A stretch of DNA of 64,000 bases from an uncultured Gammaproteobacteria bacterium (GTDB taxonomy: Bacteria; Patescibacteriota; Patescibacteriia; Patescibacteriales; GWC2-42-12). The stretch lies in NCBI GenBank assembly GCA_964560005.1, contig CAZLKB010000004.1, positions 12,112 to 76,111 on the forward strand. The letters are read 5' to 3'. Of this stretch, positions 26,832-34,429 are shown one piece after another. A program made the position numbers and the translations under genes. Within the stretch, counting starts at the first letter, position 1; each line of letters begins with the position of its first letter. The notes below the pieces were generated by a model. That model was given only the letters and a program-made list of their open reading frames with translations, was not told the origin of the DNA and searched no databases.

Positions 26832-27527
26832 CTATTGCAATAACTTATTAATTATTGTCTGCATGCCGTCTTCTTTATCTCCGTTGGAAGCGGTAAAATC
26901 TTCAAACGGATAAGCGCCCGGATAAATATTGCCGTTTACGAAGCTCGTGGGCGTGCCGGTCACTCCGGCTCTTTCCCCTTCGGCAATGTCCGTTTCCACT
27001 TTATTTTTATATTTCCCGCTATCCAAGCATTGGCTGAATTTGGCCGCGTCCAAACCTAGATCGCCGGCATCTTTTTTATACTGATCGGCGCTAAGGCGGC
27101 CGGCCTTATTGTCGGCAAACAGTTTGTCATGCATCTCCCAAAATTTACCCTGTTCGGCCGCGCATTCCGAGGCTTCCGCCGCGGGCAGGCCTTCCGGATG
27201 GCCGGCCAGAGGGTAGTGCCTGAAAGCAATAACCACTTTATCTTTAAAATTTTCCTCCACCTGTTTCATGGTGTCGGCGAATTTAGAACAAAACGGACAT
27301 TCAAAATCGCTATAAACTATCATCTTAACCGGAGCATCCAAAGAGCCCCGGACATGATCGGCCGCGTCAATCGGCTTAAGCCCCCCGACATTACCGCCAC
27401 CGTTATTTTGGCCATTACCCTGGCCGTTATCTCTCTGGGTCGAACCGCAGCCGGTTAAAAATACTAAACTACCGGCCATAATTAATGCTAAGGCGATAGT
27501 TAAAATCTTTCTGTTTTGTTTAGACAT
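26832..27527 (-). CDS. DsbA-like thiol:disulfide oxidoreductase, probable lipoprotein
   Basis: 231 aa with a lipobox-like LTGCGS, thioredoxin active site CPFC, and a DsbA-type helical insertion. Confidence 0.7.
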   Translation of the reverse strand: MSKQNRKILTIALALIMAGSLVFLTGCGSTQRDNGQGNGQNNGGGNVGGLKPIDAADHVRGSLDAPVKMIVYSDFECPFCSKFADTMKQVEENFKDKVVIAFRHYPLAGHPEGLPAAEASECAAEQGKFWEMHDKLFADNKAGRLSADQYKKDAGDLGLDAAKFSQCLDSGKYKNKVETDIAEGERAGVTGTPTSFVNGNIYPGAYPFEDFTASNGDKEDGMQTIINKLLQ

Positions 27528-27532
27528 AGAAT

Positions 27533-27605
27533 AAAATTTTTAATTTTCAATTTTTAATTTTTAGATAATTTTTAATATCTTAATTTTAAAAATTAAAAAT
27601 TTTTA
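27533..27605. repeat. AT-word palindromic spacer (family B, TTGAAAAT/TTAAAAAT words)
   Basis: AAATTTTTAATTTTCAATTTTTAATTTTTAG ... CTTAATTTTAAAAATTAAAAATTTTTATT. The arms are roughly reverse-complementary, and the spacer ends at the DsbA-like start codon. Confidence 0.6.
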
Positions 27606-29066
27606 TTATATTTTAGCTTTTTTAAGATGCCATTCGGTCGCTTCTTCAAAACCCCGCCCTACCCTTAAAAGCGTGGCTTCGTCCAGCCTCTTGCCGATCA
27701 ACTGCATACCGACCGGCAAGCCTTTATCAAACCCGCAGGGAATAGATAGAGCCGGTAAGCCGGCCAGCGAAGCGCCGGTCACGAAAATGTCTTCCAAATA
27801 CATCTTTAAAGGATCGTTGGACTGCTCGCCGATTTTAAAAGCCACGGTCGGCTGGGTTGGCGTCAATAAGCAATCAACCGTATCTAATATTTCGTCCATT
27901 TCCTCTTTAATTTTTGTCCTGACTTTTTGCGCCTTAAGATAATAAGCGTCGAAATAACCGGCTGATAAAACATAAGTGCCGAGCATAATTCTTCTCTTAG
28001 CTTCAGCGCCGAACCCCAAACCCCGGCTCTTTGTATAGATACTCATTAAATCGGCCTTAGCCCTATCATCTTGAATACTTAATCCATATTTAATGCCGTC
28101 GAACCTAGCTAAATTGGAACTGATTTCAGCCGGCGTAATAATATAGTATACCGGAATGCCGTATTTGGTGCTAGGCAAACTCACTGTCTTAAACTTAACG
28201 CCTAATTTTTTTAAAGTTTCAATGGCCTGGTCCAAGGCTAGGGCTACGCCCTTATCCGTACCGGCAACGAAATATTCATTTGGCAAGCCGATCGTCATGC
28301 CCTTTATATTCTCCTCCCTGACAAGGGGGGCTGGGGGGGTTATTTCCACCGTGGTGGCGTCATTTTCGTCCCTGCCGGCAATGACTGATAAAACTATGGC
28401 CGCATCCGCCACGGTCTTAGTAAGCGGACCGGGCACATCGGTCGAACTAGTCATAGAAATTAAACCAAAACGAGAGCTTCGCCCATAGGTCGGTTTCAAC
28501 CCGGTAATGCCGCAAAAAGAGGCCGGACACCTTATAGAACCCCCGGTATCCGTACCTAAAGCAAATAAACACATGTCAGTGGCTACTGCCGCGGCGCTAC
28601 CGCCGGACGAGCCGCCGGGCGTGCGCGTAAGATCCCAGGGGTTGTGCGTCGGTCCGAAAGCGCTGTTTTCCGTGGAAGCGCCGTGAGCGAATTCATCTAA
28701 ATTGGTTTTGCCTAACAGCACGGCTCCAGATTGTTTCAATCTTTTTATGATAGTTGCATCGTAAGGCGCGATATAATTTTCTAAAATTTTTGAAGCCGCC
28801 GTGGTTTTTAGCCCCCTGGTCAAAATATTATCTTTAGCCAAATACGGAATGCCCAATAAGGCGCCAGTTTCGCCGCCAGACCTCCGTTCGTCCGCCATTT
28901 TCGCTTCTGCCAGAGCTTCTTTTTCGCAGACAGTCAAACAAGCTTTGACTTTCCCGTCAATCTCATTAATCCGCGCTAAACAAGCCTTAGTTAATTCAAC
29001 CGAGGTAATCTCACCTTTGTCTAATTTCTTGATGGCCTCGGTAATTGTTAATTCATTTAATTTCAT
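27606..29066 (-). CDS. gatA: Glu-tRNA(Gln)/Asp-tRNA(Asn) amidotransferase subunit A
   Basis: 486 aa with the amidase signature GGSSGGSAAAVA and the block GTDTGGSIR. Confidence 0.9.
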   Translation of the reverse strand: MKLNELTITEAIKKLDKGEITSVELTKACLARINEIDGKVKACLTVCEKEALAEAKMADERRSGGETGALLGIPYLAKDNILTRGLKTTAASKILENYIAPYDATIIKRLKQSGAVLLGKTNLDEFAHGASTENSAFGPTHNPWDLTRTPGGSSGGSAAAVATDMCLFALGTDTGGSIRCPASFCGITGLKPTYGRSSRFGLISMTSSTDVPGPLTKTVADAAIVLSVIAGRDENDATTVEITPPAPLVREENIKGMTIGLPNEYFVAGTDKGVALALDQAIETLKKLGVKFKTVSLPSTKYGIPVYYIITPAEISSNLARFDGIKYGLSIQDDRAKADLMSIYTKSRGLGFGAEAKRRIMLGTYVLSAGYFDAYYLKAQKVRTKIKEEMDEILDTVDCLLTPTQPTVAFKIGEQSNDPLKMYLEDIFVTGASLAGLPALSIPCGFDKGLPVGMQLIGKRLDEATLLRVGRGFEEATEWHLKKAKI

Positions 29067-29346
29067 AAATTATTCTGTATTGTAATGCGAGCAAAGAAAA
29101 TAATTATTTAGAATCACCAAAGGGGTTTGGGGTGACGAGCTGAGCGACAAGGTGCGAGGCATAAAAAGTCATTAAAGGCACTAGCGAATTGAGGCACCCC
29201 AAAACTTCTTTGGTTACTTTCTTGGTTACAAGAAAGTAACCCTTAGCGGAGCGACACGAACGAATTTACTAATAAATAGACAAAAAATAAGAAGTACTCG
29301 GCAGCTAAAACCTAGATTGCGAAAAAGTAACCCCAGCGGAGCGCTC
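29067..29346 (-). other. 280-nt structured spacer inside the gatC-gatA pair
   Basis: It contains a perfect 12-bp hairpin, GGTTACTTTCTT-ggttac-AAGAAAGTAACC (about 29211-29240). It also has a long-range inverted repeat, CCAAAGGGGTTTGGGGTG / CACCCCAAAACTTCTTTGG. A direct repeat AAGTAACCC(TT/C)AGCGGAGCG sits at about 29234 and about 29325. Confidence 0.6.
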
Positions 29347-29640
29347 TTACTCTATCACTCTCTTTACCTTAATAAACCTCCCCTCCCTTTCCGGCGCGTC
29401 GCGTAAGGCCGCTTCTATTTCATCTTTATCCCAATCTTTTAATTCATCGTCGCGTAAAACATTGGTCAGGCCGGTAATTTGCGCCGTAGGCTCCACGCCC
29501 TTAACATCAACCTCCTTAAGCTGATCAATATAATTTAAAACATTTGACAGCTGGCTGCCATATTTTTCCAGCTCGGCCTCGGTTAAATCCAGCCGCGCCA
29601 ATTTGGCGATATGTTGTATTTCGTCTTTTGATAATTGCAT
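29347..29640 (-). CDS. gatC: Glu-tRNA(Gln)/Asp-tRNA(Asn) amidotransferase subunit C
   Basis: 97 aa. MQLSKDEIQHIAKLARLDLTEAELEKYGSQLSNVLNYIDQL is typical of GatC. Confidence 0.85.
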   Translation of the reverse strand: MQLSKDEIQHIAKLARLDLTEAELEKYGSQLSNVLNYIDQLKEVDVKGVEPTAQITGLTNVLRDDELKDWDKDEIEAALRDAPEREGRFIKVKRVIE

Positions 29641-29654
29641 ATTAACCTAAATTA

Positions 29655-31790
29655 TTAAGAAATCAATTTCAAGAACTCCTCCTCGTTAATCACCTTCACC
29701 CCCAGTTTCTGTGCTTTTTCCAATTTACTCCCCGGTTCTACGCCCGCCACCACATAGTCGGTGTTCTTACCGACAAACGACGAAATCTCTCCACCCAGTT
29801 CCCTTATCTTAGCCTTGGCTTGGTCTCTTGTCAATTTTTCCAGAGAGCCGGTCAAAACAAAAATTTTACCAGCTAAAATCTGCTCTTTTTGCCCGGTTAC
29901 CCGCTTAAATTTCAAACCGTTTTTTTCCAATCTATTTAATAATTCAAGATTGCACTTGTCGTGAAACCAGTCAAAAATGCTTTTAGCTACAATCGGTCCA
30001 ACATCGGGCAACCTCTGCAAACCTTCCAAAGTCCAGTTTTGCACAGCCTCTATCAGATCTGTAATCTTCTTACTTCTAACTTCTAACTTCTTACTTAAAA
30101 GCTGTGCCGTTTCTTCGCCCACATGCCTGATGCCAAGGCTATAAATAAATCTAGCCAAATTAATTTCTTTTCTGGCGGTAATGGCTTTGGTTAAATTATC
30201 AGCGCTTTTTTCGGCAAACCTTTCTAATGGTTTTAAATCACCCGTGGTTAACTTATAAAAATCGCTTGAATCACGCACCAAGCCTTGTTTGAATAATTGT
30301 TCAATAATTTTTGGGCCTAAGCCTTCTATATCCATAGCATTCTTTGAGGCCCAATGGCTAAGCTGCCGCAGGCTGACCGCATAGCAATTTTTATTCATAC
30401 AGCGATAAGCCACTTCACCTTTTACTTTTTCCACTTTGCCTGCGCACATCGGGCAATGGCGCGGCACCTTAATTTCTTTTTCCGCGCCCGTGCGTAAATC
30501 AGACAGAACTTTTATGACTTTGGGAATAACATCTCCGGCCCGCTGAATTATCACCGTATCGCCGATTTTTAAACCCAGCCGGTTGATTTCATCTAAATTA
30601 TGCAAAGTCGCCCGGCTAACCGTCACGCCGTAAATCAGCACCGGGCTAAGCACGGCCGTTGGCGTCAGCACCCCGGTCCGACCGACCTGCCAAATTACAT
30701 CTTCAATCTTAGTCGTCGCCTCTTCGGCCGCAAATTTATAAGCCATAATATATCTCGGGCCCTTGCCCACGAATCCCAATTTCGGCCATAAATTCAAGTC
30801 ATTAACCACTATAACTACGCCGTCGCAATCAAATGGAACTTCATCTCGGCGCTTTTCCCAATAATCATGATAACCAATGGCTTCGGCTAAATTCTGACAT
30901 AATTTATTCTGTTTTAGAACTTTTAAACCCAATAATTTTGCCACTTCATGCTCCTGCTCATGATAATTTAAACCTAAATCAGTAGCCAAGGAGTAAATAT
31001 AACAATCCAGTCGCCGCTCTCGCGTCAGCTTTGAATCCAATTGCCTAATTGAACCGGCCGCGGCGTTGCGCGGATTGGCAAAAAGCGGTAAGCCGGCTTT
31101 TTTATTGATTTGATTTAATTCTTTGAAAACTTTATTGGACATGATGGCTTCGCCGCGTACTTCAAGACGGCCTTGCTCCAAGGCTTGATATAATTTATTA
31201 ATTGAACCGTCGGTTAAGCCGATTTTTATTAATTCTTGCCTGTCCGGCCGGCGCAATTTAAGCGGTATGGCGTCAATAGTTTTTAAATTCTGGGTAACTT
31301 CTTCGCCGACTTGGCCATCGCCGCGAGTCGCGCCTGATATAAATTCTCCCTGCTCATATACCAGCGCCACGGCCAAACCGTCCATTTTTAATTCGGCGTA
31401 ATAACCTCTAATTATCCCTCCTTGATAAAGAGCCTGCCCCGCGATTGATGCGGGAGGGTTAGGGGGATTATTAGAAGTAAGAATTTTTTCCATTCTTTTC
31501 TCCCAGTCCATCATATCTTCAGCCGAGAAGGCGTCAAACAGCGACATCATGGGCGAAGAATGCCTAACTTTATTAAATTGCTCTAATGGCTCCCCCGCCA
31601 CCCTTTGCGTAGGCGAATCAGCCGTAATCAGCTCGGGGAATTCGCTTTCCAATTTTTGCAACTCATTTTTTAAACTGTCCAAGGCCGCGTCGGAAATTAA
31701 AGACTTATCCAAGACATGGTAAGCATAGCGATATTTTTCAATCTCTTGTTTTAATTTTTCTATTCTTTTTTTGGCAGCTGATTTATCCAT
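29655..31790 (-). CDS. ligA: NAD-dependent DNA ligase LigA
   Basis: 711 aa with adenylation motif ELKMDGLA, a Zn finger CPMCAGKVEKVKGEVAYRCMNKNC, HhH repeats and a C-terminal BRCT domain (KIFVLTGSL). Confidence 0.95.
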   Translation of the reverse strand: MDKSAAKKRIEKLKQEIEKYRYAYHVLDKSLISDAALDSLKNELQKLESEFPELITADSPTQRVAGEPLEQFNKVRHSSPMMSLFDAFSAEDMMDWEKRMEKILTSNNPPNPPASIAGQALYQGGIIRGYYAELKMDGLAVALVYEQGEFISGATRGDGQVGEEVTQNLKTIDAIPLKLRRPDRQELIKIGLTDGSINKLYQALEQGRLEVRGEAIMSNKVFKELNQINKKAGLPLFANPRNAAAGSIRQLDSKLTRERRLDCYIYSLATDLGLNYHEQEHEVAKLLGLKVLKQNKLCQNLAEAIGYHDYWEKRRDEVPFDCDGVVIVVNDLNLWPKLGFVGKGPRYIMAYKFAAEEATTKIEDVIWQVGRTGVLTPTAVLSPVLIYGVTVSRATLHNLDEINRLGLKIGDTVIIQRAGDVIPKVIKVLSDLRTGAEKEIKVPRHCPMCAGKVEKVKGEVAYRCMNKNCYAVSLRQLSHWASKNAMDIEGLGPKIIEQLFKQGLVRDSSDFYKLTTGDLKPLERFAEKSADNLTKAITARKEINLARFIYSLGIRHVGEETAQLLSKKLEVRSKKITDLIEAVQNWTLEGLQRLPDVGPIVAKSIFDWFHDKCNLELLNRLEKNGLKFKRVTGQKEQILAGKIFVLTGSLEKLTRDQAKAKIRELGGEISSFVGKNTDYVVAGVEPGSKLEKAQKLGVKVINEEEFLKLIS

Positions 31791-31794
31791 AAAA

Positions 31795-32199
31795 TTACTC
31801 CTTGTACTTTGCTTCCACTGATCGTTTCACCCCGCTAAAACTGCCGATTGATTGAAATTTAATGTAAGTTACCCCTCCCTCGATAACTCTAGAAAAATCT
31901 ACTTTATAGGAACTTCCATTTCCGATGTCCACCAAGCTAAATAAATTGAGCTGATCAACCGGAGGAATAGGATTTTGCACGCCTCTGCTCTCCCATGTCC
32001 TGGCTTCCCATAAAGCTCGTTCCAGGCCGGCTTCAGAGGCGAAAAAAGCGATACTTGAATAACCGGTCAGCCGATTCATCTTTATACCGGCTAAAACCAA
32101 ACTGGCCGCGCCTAAAGTAACTATTAAAATACTGCTTAAAATAAATAAAGTTAAAAGCAGTATTACTCCTTTTTGATTTTTCATTTGTAGTATTCGCAT
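31795..32199 (-). CDS. PilX-like minor pilin / pilus-assembly protein
   Basis: 134 aa. The leader MRILQMKNQKG is followed by a hydrophobic helix VILLLTLFILSSILIVTLGAASL that lacks Glu at +5. Confidence 0.5.
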   Translation of the reverse strand: MRILQMKNQKGVILLLTLFILSSILIVTLGAASLVLAGIKMNRLTGYSSIAFFASEAGLERALWEARTWESRGVQNPIPPVDQLNLFSLVDIGNGSSYKVDFSRVIEGGVTYIKFQSIGSFSGVKRSVEAKYKE

Positions 32200-32219
32200 A
32201 CCATTTGTAGTATTCGCAT
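32182..32219. repeat. 20-nt tandem duplication spanning the PilX-like start codon
   Basis: CATTTGTAGTATTCGCAT occurs at 32182-32199 and again at 32202-32219. On the minus strand this reads ATGCGAATACTACAAATG twice. Confidence 0.85.
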
Positions 32220-32224
32220 TATAA

Positions 32225-32818
32225 CTATTCGTAGTACCTTGATGAAACGGTAAACTGAATTTTCATTTTCTGTTTATGCATAGCCAGCCCATCCGCTTCA
32301 ATATCCATTACCATGGTTACATACGGCTGGACGCTGGGCAAAGCGCCGATAGGATCGTCAACCACGATGAATTTTAAATTGCTGACTATGGTATTCTCTG
32401 GGGTAACAAAATCTTCGAAGGCGTTGGCGGGTGAAAGTCTTTTATATCTTATTTTTAGACGGTCACTTTCTAAGAAATAAGCAATACAGACACTATCTTT
32501 ATTCATAAAATATAGAATGTTGTTGTCTGTACCTTTTAGATTATATACTTTATTAGTCGCGTTACCCGGAGCACCGCTAAATACATGATCGCAATCATGA
32601 TTGCTAATTTTAGCCATCCTGATTTCTTTACTGATTCTTTCCATGATATACCTGATATTTTCTTGCACATTTTGCGCGCTGACGGAGTTTCGCTGGCCGT
32701 CTATTACCATTTTAAATATGGAAGTGGCGGCTAGCATAATAATCGTGAACAAAGTAATCGCCACCAATAGTTCCAACAAACTCGTGCCTTTTTGATTCTT
32801 TTTTTGCTGTATTCGCAT
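32225..32818 (-). CDS. Prepilin-type minor pilin (PilW/PulJ-like)
   Basis: 197 aa. The leader MRIQQKKNQKG is followed by TSLLELLVAITLFTIIM (Gly at -1, Glu at +5). Confidence 0.6.
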   Translation of the reverse strand: MRIQQKKNQKGTSLLELLVAITLFTIIMLAATSIFKMVIDGQRNSVSAQNVQENIRYIMERISKEIRMAKISNHDCDHVFSGAPGNATNKVYNLKGTDNNILYFMNKDSVCIAYFLESDRLKIRYKRLSPANAFEDFVTPENTIVSNLKFIVVDDPIGALPSVQPYVTMVMDIEADGLAMHKQKMKIQFTVSSRYYE

Positions 32819-32842
32819 ATTATTTTTAGCATTCGGATTGTG

Positions 32843-33385
32843 CTATCTCCAATTATATAAATAAGTTTCCGCCGTATAATCATGGCTTTGGCTGCCTTCC
32901 AGCCAGCGGATAGCGCATTTTACATAAAGATAATTAGGATTAGGGCTTGGATTTTCAACTACAGTAATTAAACGATAAAAGTTGGTTGGCGTATTGCCGC
33001 TGGACGCGTGAGTATATAAATTCTTATATAAACCGACCTCATTATTTATATATAATCTGGCGCCGGCATCGCCAACGAAATTAACTGCCTGGCTAATACT
33101 GCTCCGGCCTCGATAGTCAATTGTATAAGTGCCGTCGGCTACAATGTCTTGATTCCAGACATAACCCTGCTTCAGCCAATTCAAATCTCTAACATTTCTC
33201 ACCAATTCCAAGCCTTCCTGCGCCAAGCCGGTAGCTATTAAGATGTTTTTATTGATATATTGAGCTTGAATATTTTGGATTACCAGCGATAAAACGCCTA
33301 CCATGCCCATGGTAATTATTAAAATCGCTACGACGACTTCCAGGATGCTGATGCCCAGATTGTTGGATATTATTTTAATTTTCAT
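32843..33385 (-). CDS. Prepilin-type minor pilin (PilV-like)
   Basis: 180 aa. The leader MKIKIISNNLG is followed by ISILEVVVAILIITMGMVG (Gly at -1, Glu at +5). Confidence 0.6.
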   Translation of the reverse strand: MKIKIISNNLGISILEVVVAILIITMGMVGVLSLVIQNIQAQYINKNILIATGLAQEGLELVRNVRDLNWLKQGYVWNQDIVADGTYTIDYRGRSSISQAVNFVGDAGARLYINNEVGLYKNLYTHASSGNTPTNFYRLITVVENPSPNPNYLYVKCAIRWLEGSQSHDYTAETYLYNWR

Positions 33386-33399
33386 GTTTATATATTAAA

Positions 33400-33535
33400 T
33401 TCTAATATCTAAACTCTAAACAATATCAAAATTCTAATATCAAATGACCAAAACAAGAATTCAAAAGCATTTATTTGGAATTTTGGATTTTGAACATTTG
33501 AATTTGTTTAGGATTTAGTATTTCGGATTTAGAAT
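33400..33535. repeat. AT-word palindromic spacer (CTAAAT/TTAGAA/TTTGAA words)
   Basis: The left arm is AAATTCTAATATCTAAACTCTAAACAATATCAAA. It roughly matches the reverse complement of the right arm CATTTGAATTTGTTTAGGATTTAGTATTTCGGATTTAGAATTT. The right arm is nearly identical to 23378-23420. Confidence 0.65.
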
Positions 33536-33543
33536 TTATTATT

Positions 33544-34233
33544 TTACTGCGCATCTATTAAGCCAAAAAAATTTACTTCCACCGTGGCCGTTGAATTATT
33601 GGTGCTTTCTATTAAGCTAATAATAGCGCTATTAGCCGGGCGGTTAAAGACATTCCTGGTGTTGATGTAGACAGCCGGGTCGGGCGGGAAAAAAATAATA
33701 TCTAACTTAGGGACGTCATCATTATACTTTAAAAAATTAATAGTTACTCCGGCCGTTAAATGCTTAATTTCCATTCCCTCGCCGTCGTCATATTCATGAT
33801 TTCCATCAGGATCACCGGCCACAACGCCGCCATCCGCAAAAATAATATATTGAGAAGGGTTTGCCTTATCAAAATGCACGCCCCAACCACCCGTGGGCGT
33901 ATCGGTTGCATTATAAGTTTTTGAACCTAAGCTGTAATTCTGCGCCAGTCTAATATCCGAAGCCAGTTTTTGCTTCGTCATATTCAGTCCGGAACGCTTA
34001 TCTGCGCCGCGATAATTAACCATAAAAATACTGCTGATTAAAGCAACAATAAAAATACTAACCAATAATTCAATTAGGGTGAACCCCGTTAAATTGCGGC
34101 TTAGCCGCACTCCGGCTTGGCGGAGATTTAACCTGCCTACCCGCCTACCGGACAGGCAGGCCGGACAGGCAGACGGAGTAAAGCCGGGGTGATTGCTTAA
34201 TATTTTATTTTTATCTCCTTTCAACTGTCTCAT
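33544..34233 (-). CDS. Prepilin-type protein (FimT/GspH-like pseudopilin)
   Basis: The cleavage motif is NLTG|FTLIELLVSIFIVALI. The first 41 codons are made of GC-rich hairpin repeats. An alternative GTG start at 34108-34110 would give a normal 9-aa leader (V/M)RLSRNLTG. Confidence 0.6.
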   Translation of the reverse strand: MRQLKGDKNKILSNHPGFTPSACPACLSGRRVGRLNLRQAGVRLSRNLTGFTLIELLVSIFIVALISSIFMVNYRGADKRSGLNMTKQKLASDIRLAQNYSLGSKTYNATDTPTGGWGVHFDKANPSQYIIFADGGVVAGDPDGNHEYDDGEGMEIKHLTAGVTINFLKYNDDVPKLDIIFFPPDPAVYINTRNVFNRPANSAIISLIESTNNSTATVEVNFFGLIDAQ

Positions 34234-34267
34234 AATTATTTTAAATTAGCGCGGCGTCGGCCACGCT

Positions 34268-34429
34268 ATAAACAATTTCTAATTTTCAATTTCTCCCCCT
34301 CCACTAAAACTACGGAGGATAAATAATTTCTAAATAATGTTTTAATGTTTTAATTTCTTAATTGAAACATTAAATCATTGAAAATTGTTTGAAAATTGAG
34401 AATTGAAAATTGAAAATTATTATTGTTTA
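34268..34429. repeat. AT-word palindromic spacer (family B), about 160 nt
   Basis: The left arm is ATAAACAATTTCTAATTTTCAATTTC (34268-34293). The right arm is GAATTGAAAATTGAAAATTATTATTGTTTAT (34399-34429). An internal hairpin CCTCC..GGAGG is present. Confidence 0.6.
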
